NCBI GenBank assembly: GCA_949297415.1
Contig: CASFSV010000014.1
Location: 139,873-203,872 of the forward strand
Reading direction: 5' to 3'
DNA from: an uncultured Alphaproteobacteria bacterium
GTDB taxonomy: Bacteria > Pseudomonadota > Alphaproteobacteria > RF32 > CAG-239
Length of the DNA: 64,000 bases
The position numbers were made by a program, and so were the translations under genes. Numbering within the stretch: the stretch's first letter is position 1; every line of letters begins with the position of its first letter. Of the stretch, positions 37,535-47,125 are shown one piece after another. The notes under the pieces are model-generated. The model worked only from the letters and a program-made list of their open reading frames with translations. It was not told the DNA's origin and searched no databases.

Positions 37535-40500
37535 ATGACTGAGAAGAAAAAATATTACCCCGAATTGAATGCTAAAATCAATTTTCCCGAAATGGAAAAA
37601 AATATTTTGAACTTCTGGGAAGAGGATAAAACTTTTGAAAAGTCTGTACACAATCGTGATGGTGCAGCAGAGTTCGTTTTTTATGATGGACCTCCTTTTG
37701 CAAACGGAACTCCGCATTACGGTCACATGATGGTTTCTTACGTTAAAGACGCTGTTGCTCGCTTCCAAACGATGAGCGGTAAAAAAGTTGAACGCCGCTT
37801 GGGCTGGGACTGCCATGGTTTGCCTGCTGAAATGTCTGCGGAAAAGCAACTTGGTGTTTCTGGACGTAAACAAATTGAAGCTTATGGTGTTGAGAAATTT
37901 AACGACTTTTGCCGTAAAGATGTTTTGAAATATTCAAATATTTGGGTTGATATGTTTAAACGTATCGGTCGTTGGGTTGACTTCAACCATGATTATAAAA
38001 CCATGAACCTGCCTTTTATGGAAAGTGTTATTCATAACTTTAAAGAACTATACGATAAAGGACTTGTTTATGAAGATTATCGCGTTCTCCCTTACTCTTG
38101 GGCGGCGGAAACGCCTCTTTCCAATTTTGAAGTAAACCTCGGATATCGTGATAAAACCGATAATGCTATTACGGTTATGTTTACTTTGGAAAATGGGCAG
38201 AAAATTTTGGTTTGGACGACAACGCCGTGGACACTCCCTTCTAACTTGATGTTAGCTGTCGGAAAAGATATTGATTATGTCGTTATGAACGAAAACGGTC
38301 AAGATTATATCTTGGCTGAGGCTAGATTGGGAAGTTATAAAAAACAACTCGAAAATGCTACTTTGGTTAAAAAAATTAAAGGGGCTGATTTGGTTGGTAT
38401 GAACTATACCCCGATGTTCCCTTATTTTTCTCATTTGAAAAATCAAGGTGCTTTCAAAGTTTTAAGCGGTGAATTTGTTTCTACCGAAGACGGTACCGGT
38501 GTTGTTCATATCGCTCCGGGATTTGGACAAGACGACTTTGATGTTTGCCGTGCTTATGATGAAAACTTCCCGGTTGCTTGTCCTGTTGATGAAGCCGGTA
38601 AATTTACGGCTGAAGTGCCTGACTACGAGGGTATGCAAGTTTTTGAAACCAACGAACCAATTATGCAATGGTTGAAAACTAATGGACTTTTGGTTAAAAA
38701 AGAGCAATACACACACACTTATCCGTATTGCTGGAGAACCGATACTCCTTTAATTTATAAGGCGATGTCTTCTTGGTTTGTTAAAGTTACGGATTTCCGT
38801 GATGATATGGTTAAAAATAACCAACAAATCAATTGGCTTCCTTCTCATATTAAAGACGGGCGTTTCGGTAAATGGTTGGAAGGTGCTCGCGACTGGTCTA
38901 TTTCTCGTAACCGCTTTTGGGGCACACCTATTCCGGTTTGGAAGTCCGATAATCCTAAATTCCCGCGTGTCGATGTTTTAGGCTCTATTGCCGAAATTAA
39001 AGAAAAAACCGGCTTTGATGTTGATAATCTTCACAAACCTTATATCGATGATGTGGTTTATCCTAATCCTGATGATCCGTCCGGAAAAACTATGATGCGT
39101 CGCGTTTCCGACGTGTTTGACTGTTGGTTTGAAAGTGGTTCCATGCCTTATGCTCAAGTACACTATCCGTTTGAAAATAAGGAATGGTTTGAAAATCACT
39201 TCCCTGCAGACTTTATTGTTGAAGCCATTGACCAAACGCGTGGTTGGTTTTATACGCTTACGGTTCTTTCCACCGCTCTTCATAATAAACCGGCTTTCAA
39301 AAATTGTATTTGTACAGGTTTGTTGATGGCTGAAGGCGGACAGAAACTTTCTAAACGTTTGAAAAATTATCCTGATCCGAACGATATTTTGAAAACAATC
39401 GGCTCTGATGCTTTGCGTTGGTTCTTGATTTCTTCCCCTGTTCTTAAAGGCGGTAATGTTGCCGTTGATAAAGAAGGTAAAGAAATTGCCAAAGCTGCTC
39501 GTAAAGCGCTTATCCCGTTCTGGAACGCATATTACTTCTTTACTTTATATGCTAACGCCGAAGGAATCGAAGCTAAAGAAATCTCACAATCTGCTGATGT
39601 GTTAGATAGCTATATCTTGGCAAAACTGAAGGCTTTGTCTGATGTTGTTCGCAAAGATATGAACGAATATGAGATTGCCAGAGCTTGCGCTCAAATTGAG
39701 GACTTTTTGGAAATCTTAAATAACTGGTATATCCGTCGTTCTCGCGCTCGTTTCTGGGATGGTGAAGATTTAAGCGCTTTCAATACGCTTTATACCGTTT
39801 TGGTTAATGTGGCTAAAATTGCTGCTCCTTTAATGCCGTTTATGAGTGAATTTGTTTATAAAGGGCTGACTGGTCGAGAATCCGTACATCTCGAAGATTT
39901 GCCGGATTTATCCGCTATTGAAGATAATACTCAGCTCATTGAACAGATGGATTTGGTCAGAGCGATTTCTTCGGTGGCTAAGTCTATTCGCGAAGAACAT
40001 AAATTGCGTAACCGTTTGCCTTTACGTTCAATGACTGTTGCCGGTGATAATGCCGAAACTCTTCAAGACTTTGCAGATGCGTTGAAAGATGAAGTTAATG
40101 TTAAGGAAATCTGCTTAAAATCTGATATTGCAGATGTTGCTAGTCGTTTTCTCTATCTTAAAACTCCGCTTATCGGTAAGAGATTAGGAGCGCATATGAA
40201 AGACATTATGGCTAAATCTAAGACAGACGATTGGTCACAAAATGAAGACGGAACTCTTTCTATTGCCGGACAAACTTTGTTTGCAGAAGAATATGAGTTG
40301 CGCTTGGTTATTAAAGATGGCATGAGCGGGCAAGCTTTGCCTGACAACACGGCTGTGGTTATCTTGGATACCGAAGTTGATGAAAATCTTGAAAAAGAAG
40401 GTATCGCTCGTGACTTTGTTCGTATGATTCAAGCTCTACGTAAGACGAAAGATTTTGACATTTCCGATCGTATCAAATTGGCTTATTCATCCAGCGATTC

Positions 40501-40651
40501 AACTGTTAAAGCTGCTATTACCGAATATGCTGACTACATTAAAGAGCAAGTTTTAGCGCTTGAGATTGCTGAAAATGCAAACCTTTCTGCGCCGACTGTT
40601 GATGAACTCGGCGGTTCTGAAGTTAAGTTTGATGTTATTAAAGCAGCTTAA
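37535..40651 (+). CDS. ileS: isoleucine--tRNA ligase (eukaryote/archaeal-like type 2 IleS)
   Basis: HIGH motif (PPFANGTPHYGHM) and KMSKS (KLSKRLKN). The start is at MTEKKKYYPEL with a GAGGA RBS. The track ORF begins 54 nt upstream at an unlikely Met. Confidence 0.95.
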   Translation: MTEKKKYYPELNAKINFPEMEKNILNFWEEDKTFEKSVHNRDGAAEFVFYDGPPFANGTPHYGHMMVSYVKDAVARFQTMSGKKVERRLGWDCHGLPAEMSAEKQLGVSGRKQIEAYGVEKFNDFCRKDVLKYSNIWVDMFKRIGRWVDFNHDYKTMNLPFMESVIHNFKELYDKGLVYEDYRVLPYSWAAETPLSNFEVNLGYRDKTDNAITVMFTLENGQKILVWTTTPWTLPSNLMLAVGKDIDYVVMNENGQDYILAEARLGSYKKQLENATLVKKIKGADLVGMNYTPMFPYFSHLKNQGAFKVLSGEFVSTEDGTGVVHIAPGFGQDDFDVCRAYDENFPVACPVDEAGKFTAEVPDYEGMQVFETNEPIMQWLKTNGLLVKKEQYTHTYPYCWRTDTPLIYKAMSSWFVKVTDFRDDMVKNNQQINWLPSHIKDGRFGKWLEGARDWSISRNRFWGTPIPVWKSDNPKFPRVDVLGSIAEIKEKTGFDVDNLHKPYIDDVVYPNPDDPSGKTMMRRVSDVFDCWFESGSMPYAQVHYPFENKEWFENHFPADFIVEAIDQTRGWFYTLTVLSTALHNKPAFKNCICTGLLMAEGGQKLSKRLKNYPDPNDILKTIGSDALRWFLISSPVLKGGNVAVDKEGKEIAKAARKALIPFWNAYYFFTLYANAEGIEAKEISQSADVLDSYILAKLKALSDVVRKDMNEYEIARACAQIEDFLEILNNWYIRRSRARFWDGEDLSAFNTLYTVLVNVAKIAAPLMPFMSEFVYKGLTGRESVHLEDLPDLSAIEDNTQLIEQMDLVRAISSVAKSIREEHKLRNRLPLRSMTVAGDNAETLQDFADALKDEVNVKEICLKSDIADVASRFLYLKTPLIGKRLGAHMKDIMAKSKTDDWSQNEDGTLSIAGQTLFAEEYELRLVIKDGMSGQALPDNTAVVILDTEVDENLEKEGIARDFVRMIQALRKTKDFDISDRIKLAYSSSDSTVKAAITEYADYIKEQVLALEIAENANLSAPTVDELGGSEVKFDVIKAA

Positions 40652-40680
40652 TCTTGATTATAGCAAATCTTGTATAAAAT

Positions 40681-40712
40681 AGAGGGAGCAACTAGCTCCC
40701 TTTATTTTATAC
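40681..40712. terminator. bidirectional terminator between ileS and convergent hypothetical gene
   Basis: AGGGAGC-AACTA-GCTCCCT hairpin followed by TTTATTTTAT. Confidence 0.5.
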
Positions 40713-40729
40713 CATTGAAACATATCTAT

Positions 40730-41998
40730 CTACCGACCTCTCATCTTTTGTTGAATAACTTGCGTTACGGTTCCTTGCAAAGTATCATCTTCGGCATATT
40801 CTTTCTCTTTTATGGCAAGAAATTTTTCTATATCTTTAGTTGCCGGCCATTTTTCTGAGATGTCATAGGCAATGCTATCTTTATTTTCTCTAATATTCAT
40901 TTCTTCAAGAATTTCCGGGGACAAATCATTAAAACCTCTTATTACCTGAGCTATTCCTAAATATGGTGTTTTATAATGCTCAAAAGTTACGCTTTTCCCA
41001 TTATGTGTAGTTTTATATGGTGTACCTAGCGTATCTTCAATATATGGGTATAATTTCAAGCTGTTTCGTTCCGAATATTGATTCACAAGATTTCGATATG
41101 TATGCTCCATCATCCAACCCACTATATTGGCGTGTTTCTCCACTGGTTGTTTGCGATACCCTTCAAATACTTCACATTGATATTTTTTTTGTTCATTCTG
41201 TTCTAAAGAAGAAATATCTTTTTTGCTTTCTGAATTTAGATAATACTCAGCATTCATTCTTAAAAGTTTTGCAAAATCATTTGGTATATCTTTTGCAGTT
41301 ACACCTTGCTCTAAAAGATTTCGCATCCATTGAGCCGTTGTTTGAAAATAATAATGAGTTCCCTCATGTACCATAGTTTTTAAGCTACTATCATAAACAC
41401 TACCCTCAATTTCTATTCCTTTTATCCCGCTTGAACTTATCCTTTTCTTATTCGTAATTGTTGTTTGAGCTAATAACTGTTCAAATTCTTCTTGGTTATC
41501 TATATTGTACGCTTCTTTTAGCATCAGAACATTTATCTCATACATTGCATCTGCGCGAGCGTTTAAATCAAAAGCGACGGCGGAACAATCTATATCGCCA
41601 CTTAGTGCTAGGTGCTCCCCGATTTCTTTGCCTTTTTTGATTATCGCAGAATAATGCTCCGGTTCCATACGATAATTTTTATAAAGTTTAACAAATTCTT
41701 CTTCACACTCATTCACAAATTCATTGCGGAGAAATTGAGGATTATCAATTTTGATACCGATTTTATTAAATTCTTCTTCGCTGATTTGGTTATTTTGGAA
41801 TTTTTTTTGATATTTTTCCCACACTAGACCTTTGTGGTAATAGCTATTTTGAATACAATCTTCTATTTGTTTATACATCTGCAACCAATCTTGTGTTACC
41901 CATGATTGTATCGACTTTTCATCTATTGTTTTTATCCATTGTCTAAATCCATCTGCATATAAAATTTTAGGGCATGGATTTTCTTGGTAATTGCTCAT
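40730..41998 (-). CDS. hypothetical cytoplasmic/secreted protein with HExxH motif
   Basis: 422 aa, with no signal peptide. Motif TMVHEGTHYYF around residue 205. It appears co-transcribed with the upstream 175-aa ORF and ruvX, with 5-10-nt gaps. Confidence 0.55.
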   Translation of the reverse strand: MSNYQENPCPKILYADGFRQWIKTIDEKSIQSWVTQDWLQMYKQIEDCIQNSYYHKGLVWEKYQKKFQNNQISEEEFNKIGIKIDNPQFLRNEFVNECEEEFVKLYKNYRMEPEHYSAIIKKGKEIGEHLALSGDIDCSAVAFDLNARADAMYEINVLMLKEAYNIDNQEEFEQLLAQTTITNKKRISSSGIKGIEIEGSVYDSSLKTMVHEGTHYYFQTTAQWMRNLLEQGVTAKDIPNDFAKLLRMNAEYYLNSESKKDISSLEQNEQKKYQCEVFEGYRKQPVEKHANIVGWMMEHTYRNLVNQYSERNSLKLYPYIEDTLGTPYKTTHNGKSVTFEHYKTPYLGIAQVIRGFNDLSPEILEEMNIRENKDSIAYDISEKWPATKDIEKFLAIKEKEYAEDDTLQGTVTQVIQQKMRGR

Positions 41999-42008
41999 TT
42001 TTCTTCTC

Positions 42009-42536
42009 TTATATTCTGTATCTTTTCTTTTTCACAATTATTCCTATATTAACCGCCTTTGGGGATTTTCTTATATTTTCTAGTTTCTTTTTATTTTCTT
42101 GATTATCTTTTTCACTACCACCTATGATTATCGGCTTATCCTTTTTGTGAGTATCTATGTTTTTAACGTTTTGTGCCGCTTTATATTCTCGTATCTGTTG
42201 CAACTTTATTTGATTTTTTATGGCTTCAGTTGTACTCTTGGTATCCAGCGTTATAGGATCTATTTTTCCTTTTTGTTCTGAAACTTGTTTTTCTATTTGT
42301 TTAATCCATGCTTCATATTTTAACTTAAAATCTTCGTCATTTTCAAACAAGTTTAATACATTTTGGCTAAATGCTTGTTGTTGCTCTAACGGCCAACTTC
42401 TTATATTTTTTCCTTCTTTTTTGATAATTTTCTGAAAATCCTCAAAATTTTCAAACATTGTATTATTTTGCATATCTATTCTCTCCCCTTTTTCTGTAAT
42501 TAAGGAGATTATACTATAAAAATACTCTTTAAACAA
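42009..42536 (-). CDS. hypothetical charged protein (Lys/Glu/Gln-rich)
   Basis: 175-aa ORF starting 5 nt after the ruvX stop. No motif recognised. Confidence 0.45.
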   Translation of the reverse strand: MFKEYFYSIISLITEKGERIDMQNNTMFENFEDFQKIIKKEGKNIRSWPLEQQQAFSQNVLNLFENDEDFKLKYEAWIKQIEKQVSEQKGKIDPITLDTKSTTEAIKNQIKLQQIREYKAAQNVKNIDTHKKDKPIIIGGSEKDNQENKKKLENIRKSPKAVNIGIIVKKKRYRI

Positions 42537-42541
42537 GTTTT

Positions 42542-43000
42542 TTATGCGTACTTGATTGCGTCTAATGCACCTTGTAAAATATAGGCTGCTGCAGTTGCAT
42601 CTAATACTTTCGCGCGTTTTTTACGAGATAAGTCTACTTCTTTGATTAAGAAATTTTCCATTGCAGATGATGACAATCTTTCATCCCACAATAAAATCGG
42701 CAATCCTATTTTTTCTTTTAACACTTCTGCGAATTTACGAACTTCTGAAGCTATCTCTCCTTCAATTCCATTCATTTGCAAAGGCAACCCCATGACAATA
42801 CCGCCAATTTCTTTTTCTTTAATTATTTGATTTAATTCGACTAAATCACTTTCTATATTTTTACGATAAATAATTTTATATGAAGTTGCGATTGTGCAAG
42901 ATAAATCTGATACGGCTATGCCCATTCTCTTACTGCCATAATCTATTCCCAATATTGCTTTGCGCAACGGAAGTAATTTCTTAAATTCTTTGGTATTCAT
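42542..43000 (-). CDS. ruvX: Holliday junction resolvase-like RuvX/YqgF
   Basis: ILGIDYGSKRMGIAVSD, the RNase H-like YqgF N-terminal motif. 152 aa. Confidence 0.85.
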   Translation of the reverse strand: MNTKEFKKLLPLRKAILGIDYGSKRMGIAVSDLSCTIATSYKIIYRKNIESDLVELNQIIKEKEIGGIVMGLPLQMNGIEGEIASEVRKFAEVLKEKIGLPILLWDERLSSSAMENFLIKEVDLSRKKRAKVLDATAAAYILQGALDAIKYA

Positions 43001-43122
43001 TGTTTCTCCTTTTTTACTTTTGTAACATAAAATTTTTTTTCTGTAAACTGTTGAATGTTAGGATAAAATAAAGATATTATATCTTATCGTTTGTTACACT
43101 CTTTTTTTGAAAGCGAACTTGT

Positions 43123-44424
43123 ATGTGGAAAAAAGCGTTATCCTTTCTTTGTTTCTCTTGTTTTATTTGTCATGCGGCTTTTGCAGGCATTAAAAGTGTT
43201 GAAGAACAACGTAAAGAATGGGATGAATGGCTTAGTGAGCTTAAACAAGAGATGATTGATAAAGGCATCTCTAAAAAAACAATTGAAGAAGCCTATAAAA
43301 ACGATTATTTCCATGAAGTTAAACAAGTTGAAATTCAAGATAAAAAACAAGCCGAATTTATTCTGACTTCCGACAAATATATTAATAAATTGGTTACTGC
43401 CAATAAAGTCAAAAGAGCTCGTGAGCTATATAAAGAGCTCAAACCTAAATATCAAAAAGTCAGTAAGCAATATGGCGTTCCGCTTAATTATCTTATCGCA
43501 TTTTGGGCTGTTGAAACACATTTTGGTTACAATAAAGGTAAATATCATTTAATTGATGGGTTAACAAATTTAAGTTATAAGAATCGTCGGGCTAGTTTCT
43601 TTAAACGTGAACTTTATCATGTTTTGTTGATTATGGATGAATATGGTTTAAGCGATGACAAAATGATGGGCTCTTGGGCTGGAGCAATGGGGCATTTTCA
43701 ATTTATGCCATCAACATATAACGCCTATGCCATAGATTATGACGGCGATGGAGTGGCTGATATTTGGGATAGTTTTGACGATGCGATTGCTTCTGCGGCC
43801 AACTATCTCTCTAAACTCGGGTGGAAAGCTGATGAGCCTTGGGGACAAGAAGTTAAACTTCCTTGGAATTTTGATTATAATCTTATCGGAGCTAAAAAAT
43901 TTAAAACTGTTAAAGAATGGAAAAAAATCGGGGTATTTAGTGCAAACGGCAAAGGAATTAAACTTCCTAATGATGCTTCAGCAACTATTATTTTGCCTGA
44001 CGGGCGGCGCGGTCGCGCTTATTTGGTTCTGAGCAACTTTCGCAGAATTATGATATGGAATCGCTCGACCAACTATGCTTTAGCTATTGTTACACTTGCT
44101 GATTATATTACAAATAATAGCCCGTATCACGCTCTTAACGAGAAGCCTTATTATAAGCTAACTAACGAAGATATTTTAACTGTTCAACAATTTGCTAATC
44201 GTGTTTTGAAGTCAAATCTTAAAGAAGACGGACGCTTAGGTTCGCAAACAGCTAAAGAAGTCAAAAAACTTCAAAAAAAATGGAAACTCCCTCAAGATGG
44301 TATGCCTGATTATATGCTGTTGAGCAAAATCAAAAATTACAAATCTCGTGTTGATTTTCTTGTACCACCGCAACCAAGAAAACCTCATTCTGCGAAAAAG
44401 TCTATAAAAAAAATCAAGCCGTAA
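43123..44424 (+). CDS. lytic murein transglycosylase (MltB/Slt35-like) with C-terminal peptidoglycan-binding domain
   Basis: Signal peptide. Catalytic AVETHFG and the MGHFQFMPSTY motif. The C-terminus (GRLGSQTAKEVKKLQKKWKLPQDGMPD) matches PG_binding_1. Confidence 0.8.
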   Translation: MWKKALSFLCFSCFICHAAFAGIKSVEEQRKEWDEWLSELKQEMIDKGISKKTIEEAYKNDYFHEVKQVEIQDKKQAEFILTSDKYINKLVTANKVKRARELYKELKPKYQKVSKQYGVPLNYLIAFWAVETHFGYNKGKYHLIDGLTNLSYKNRRASFFKRELYHVLLIMDEYGLSDDKMMGSWAGAMGHFQFMPSTYNAYAIDYDGDGVADIWDSFDDAIASAANYLSKLGWKADEPWGQEVKLPWNFDYNLIGAKKFKTVKEWKKIGVFSANGKGIKLPNDASATIILPDGRRGRAYLVLSNFRRIMIWNRSTNYALAIVTLADYITNNSPYHALNEKPYYKLTNEDILTVQQFANRVLKSNLKEDGRLGSQTAKEVKKLQKKWKLPQDGMPDYMLLSKIKNYKSRVDFLVPPQPRKPHSAKKSIKKIKP

Positions 44425-44472
44425 ACCTCTTTGAGATTTAAGTTTACGGCTCACTGTTTCAAGATGGATTAT

Positions 44473-45786
44473 TTATTCTATTTTTCGCAAAATTATTGAT
44501 GTTTTTTCTGGGACTTCATCGGAAATTTTTATAGCTTTACGCACAACTTCCGATACTAATGCGATTGCTTCTTTATCTTCCGCATGAATATAGCATAACG
44601 GTGTCTTAGGATTGACTTTATCTCCTATCTGACAAAAATCTGTAAATCCTGTCGTATAGTTAATTTGCTGTTCCGGACGAGTTCTTCCTCCTCCTAACAT
44701 AATTACACCTAAACCCACCTCTCTAGTGTCTATACTTTCTACATAACCAGATGTTTCCGGATAAATGGCTTCAACATGTGGTGCTTGCGGTTTCTTTTGT
44801 TCATAGTTATCTAAAATATCCATATCCGCACCTAACATCTCTGCCATTTTGCAAAAATGCTCATATGCTGCACCGGTTGATATACTTTGTCTTAATTTTA
44901 CTTCTGCTTCTAATTCGTCTTTAGCTATTCCGCTATTGATTAGCAGCTCTTTGCTCAAAGCCATCGTCACAGTATCTAACCTTTCATCGGCTTTTTTACC
45001 TTGCAAATATTCTATTGCTTCCGTTAATTCCAAGGCGTTTCCTACTGCTTTTCCCAATACGCTGTTCATATCGGTCAATAATGCTGATGTTTTTGTACCG
45101 GCGCCATTAGCCACTTCCACAATGGAGTATGCTAATTCTGATGCTCTTTGCATATTTTCCATAAATGCACCATTACCACATTTTATATCCATTACTAGAT
45201 ATTGCAAACCTGCCGCTAATTTTTTAGATAAAATTGAGGCCGTTATCAGAGGAATTGATTCCACTGTTGCGCACACATCTCTTATTGCATAGAGCTTCTT
45301 ATCTGCAGGTGCTAAATCTGCTGTTTGCCCGATAATTGCGCAACCAGCCTCTTTTACTGCCTTCTTAAAAGTAGTAATATCCACATTGGTTTTATAGCCT
45401 TTTAAGGAATCTAATTTATCTAAGGTTCCGCCGGTATGCCCTAAACCTCTTCCCGCAATCATCGGAACATAAGCGCCACATGCCGCTAACATTGGTGCTA
45501 ACATAAGGCTTACTTTATCCCCTACACCTCCGGTGGAATGCTTATCTACAATCGGCTTATCGGTTAGTTCTTTCCATTCAAGCTTTTCACCGGAATCTCT
45601 CATTGCCAGAGTTAATGCTAAAGTTTCTTCTCGGCTTAGACCGTTCATAAATATTGCCATACTCCATGATGCGGCTTGAATATCTGCAATCTCGCCAGAT
45701 GTCATTTTTTTAATGAAAAAATTTATTTCTTCTGCACTTAATTGCTCATGGTTTCTTGTCTTTCTGATAATTTCTTGAGGTAACAT
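44473..45786 (-). CDS. deoA: thymidine/pyrimidine-nucleoside phosphorylase DeoA
   Basis: HSTGGVGDKVSL and TGGTLDKLDSL motifs. 437 aa. Confidence 0.9.
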   Translation of the reverse strand: MLPQEIIRKTRNHEQLSAEEINFFIKKMTSGEIADIQAASWSMAIFMNGLSREETLALTLAMRDSGEKLEWKELTDKPIVDKHSTGGVGDKVSLMLAPMLAACGAYVPMIAGRGLGHTGGTLDKLDSLKGYKTNVDITTFKKAVKEAGCAIIGQTADLAPADKKLYAIRDVCATVESIPLITASILSKKLAAGLQYLVMDIKCGNGAFMENMQRASELAYSIVEVANGAGTKTSALLTDMNSVLGKAVGNALELTEAIEYLQGKKADERLDTVTMALSKELLINSGIAKDELEAEVKLRQSISTGAAYEHFCKMAEMLGADMDILDNYEQKKPQAPHVEAIYPETSGYVESIDTREVGLGVIMLGGGRTRPEQQINYTTGFTDFCQIGDKVNPKTPLCYIHAEDKEAIALVSEVVRKAIKISDEVPEKTSIILRKIE

Positions 45787-45788
45787 AT

Positions 45789-46604
45789 TTAATCCTCCTC
45801 TTTGATAAATTCTGTAACTAATGCACTCATGCGTGAAGAAGCCTTATCTGCTTCCGCTAATGTTTCTTGGTGTGTAGGTGTATTGTTCACTAACCCTGCG
45901 GCATAATTGGTTATAACAGATATTCCCAATACCTCTATTCCGCAATGTACTGCTGCAATAACTTCTGGCACAGTGGACATTCCGACTGCATCGCCGCCTA
46001 ATATCCCAAAGGCTTTGACTTCTGATGCTGTTTCAAAATTTGGTCCTAGAACCATAAAATATGTTCCTTCTTTAACTGAAATATTCAATTTTTCAGCAAC
46101 TTTTTTACACTTTTCTCTAAGATGCTTCGGATAGGCATTGTTCATTGCAGGAAAACGTGGACCATATTCTTCATTGTTTGAACCGACTAATGGATTTTTC
46201 CCACTAAAATTAATATGATCTTTTATTATCATTAGATTTCCGGGTTTCATGTCTGTACTTAAACTTCCCGCAGCATTAGTTACAATTATACGTTTTATCC
46301 CCAAATCTTTTAATACACGAATTACTGAAGCTATGGTCTGCGGCTCATGTCCTTCATATAAATGAAACCTTCCATTTAAACATATAACTTCCTCTGAACC
46401 GATATACCCGTGTATAAGTTCGCCTTTGTGCCCACTAACACTTGTTTGCGGAAAGCCTTTTATTTCTTTATAACTCAGGCTTTGACAATTTTGCAACTCT
46501 TGAGCAAATCCACTTAATCCAGAACCCAATATTACCGCTGTCTTAACCTGTTTAATCGGTAATTTCTTTTTTATTTCTTCGGCTATTTCTTTTGGATTAT
46601 TCAT
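45789..46604 (-). CDS. purine nucleoside phosphorylase (PNP-I/PunA trimeric family)
   Basis: VILGSGLSGFA, GRFHLYEGH and VGMSTVPE motifs. The start is chosen at MNNPKEIAEE. The track ORF starts 27 nt upstream. Confidence 0.85.
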   Translation of the reverse strand: MNNPKEIAEEIKKKLPIKQVKTAVILGSGLSGFAQELQNCQSLSYKEIKGFPQTSVSGHKGELIHGYIGSEEVICLNGRFHLYEGHEPQTIASVIRVLKDLGIKRIIVTNAAGSLSTDMKPGNLMIIKDHINFSGKNPLVGSNNEEYGPRFPAMNNAYPKHLREKCKKVAEKLNISVKEGTYFMVLGPNFETASEVKAFGILGGDAVGMSTVPEVIAAVHCGIEVLGISVITNYAAGLVNNTPTHQETLAEADKASSRMSALVTEFIKEED

Positions 46605-47001
46605 TTTCCAATCCCTCCTCATTAAAAGCATATGGCAATAATTCTGCTAAAGTATGGGTTTCCCGGATACCTTTTTTATCTGCTACGTATATCACTGTTG
46701 ATGGTGTTGCAAATTCTGCAATTCTTTGCAAACAAGCTCCGCATGGATATACTAAATTCTTCCCAAACGAAACAACCAATAACGCTGATATTTTTCTATC
46801 TCCTCCGGCTATCATAGCAGCTATTGCTCCGGCTTCGGCGCATGTTCCGCAAGGGTAGGAAATATTTTCGACATTACAACCGACATAATATTCTCCTTTT
46901 TCTGACAATATTGCCGCGCCTACTTTATACTTTGAATAAGGAGCATAAGCTTTTTCCCTTATTTCCAGTGCTTTTTCATAAAGTTTCTGCTTTATATCCA
47001 T
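46597..47001 (-). CDS. cdd: cytidine deaminase (homotetrameric type)
   Basis: CAEAGAI and PCGACLQ zinc ligands. 134 aa. An 8-nt overlap with pnp. Confidence 0.85.
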   Translation of the reverse strand: MDIKQKLYEKALEIREKAYAPYSKYKVGAAILSEKGEYYVGCNVENISYPCGTCAEAGAIAAMIAGGDRKISALLVVSFGKNLVYPCGACLQRIAEFATPSTVIYVADKKGIRETHTLAELLPYAFNEEGLENE

Positions 47002-47125
47002 AAAAAAACGCTCCTTTTTTAATATTTTTGCAAAAAATATGTGAAAATTATCGTTTCGTTAATTTTTTATAATATACAATAACAAAAAAATTTAGCAAAG
47101 CTTATTTTTATTTTAGGAGAAAATC

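Noticed and set aside
44419-44449. CCGTAAAC...GTTTACGG 8-bp inverted repeat after the mltB stop
   Set aside because: It has a 15-nt loop and no T-run, so it is not a convincing intrinsic terminator.
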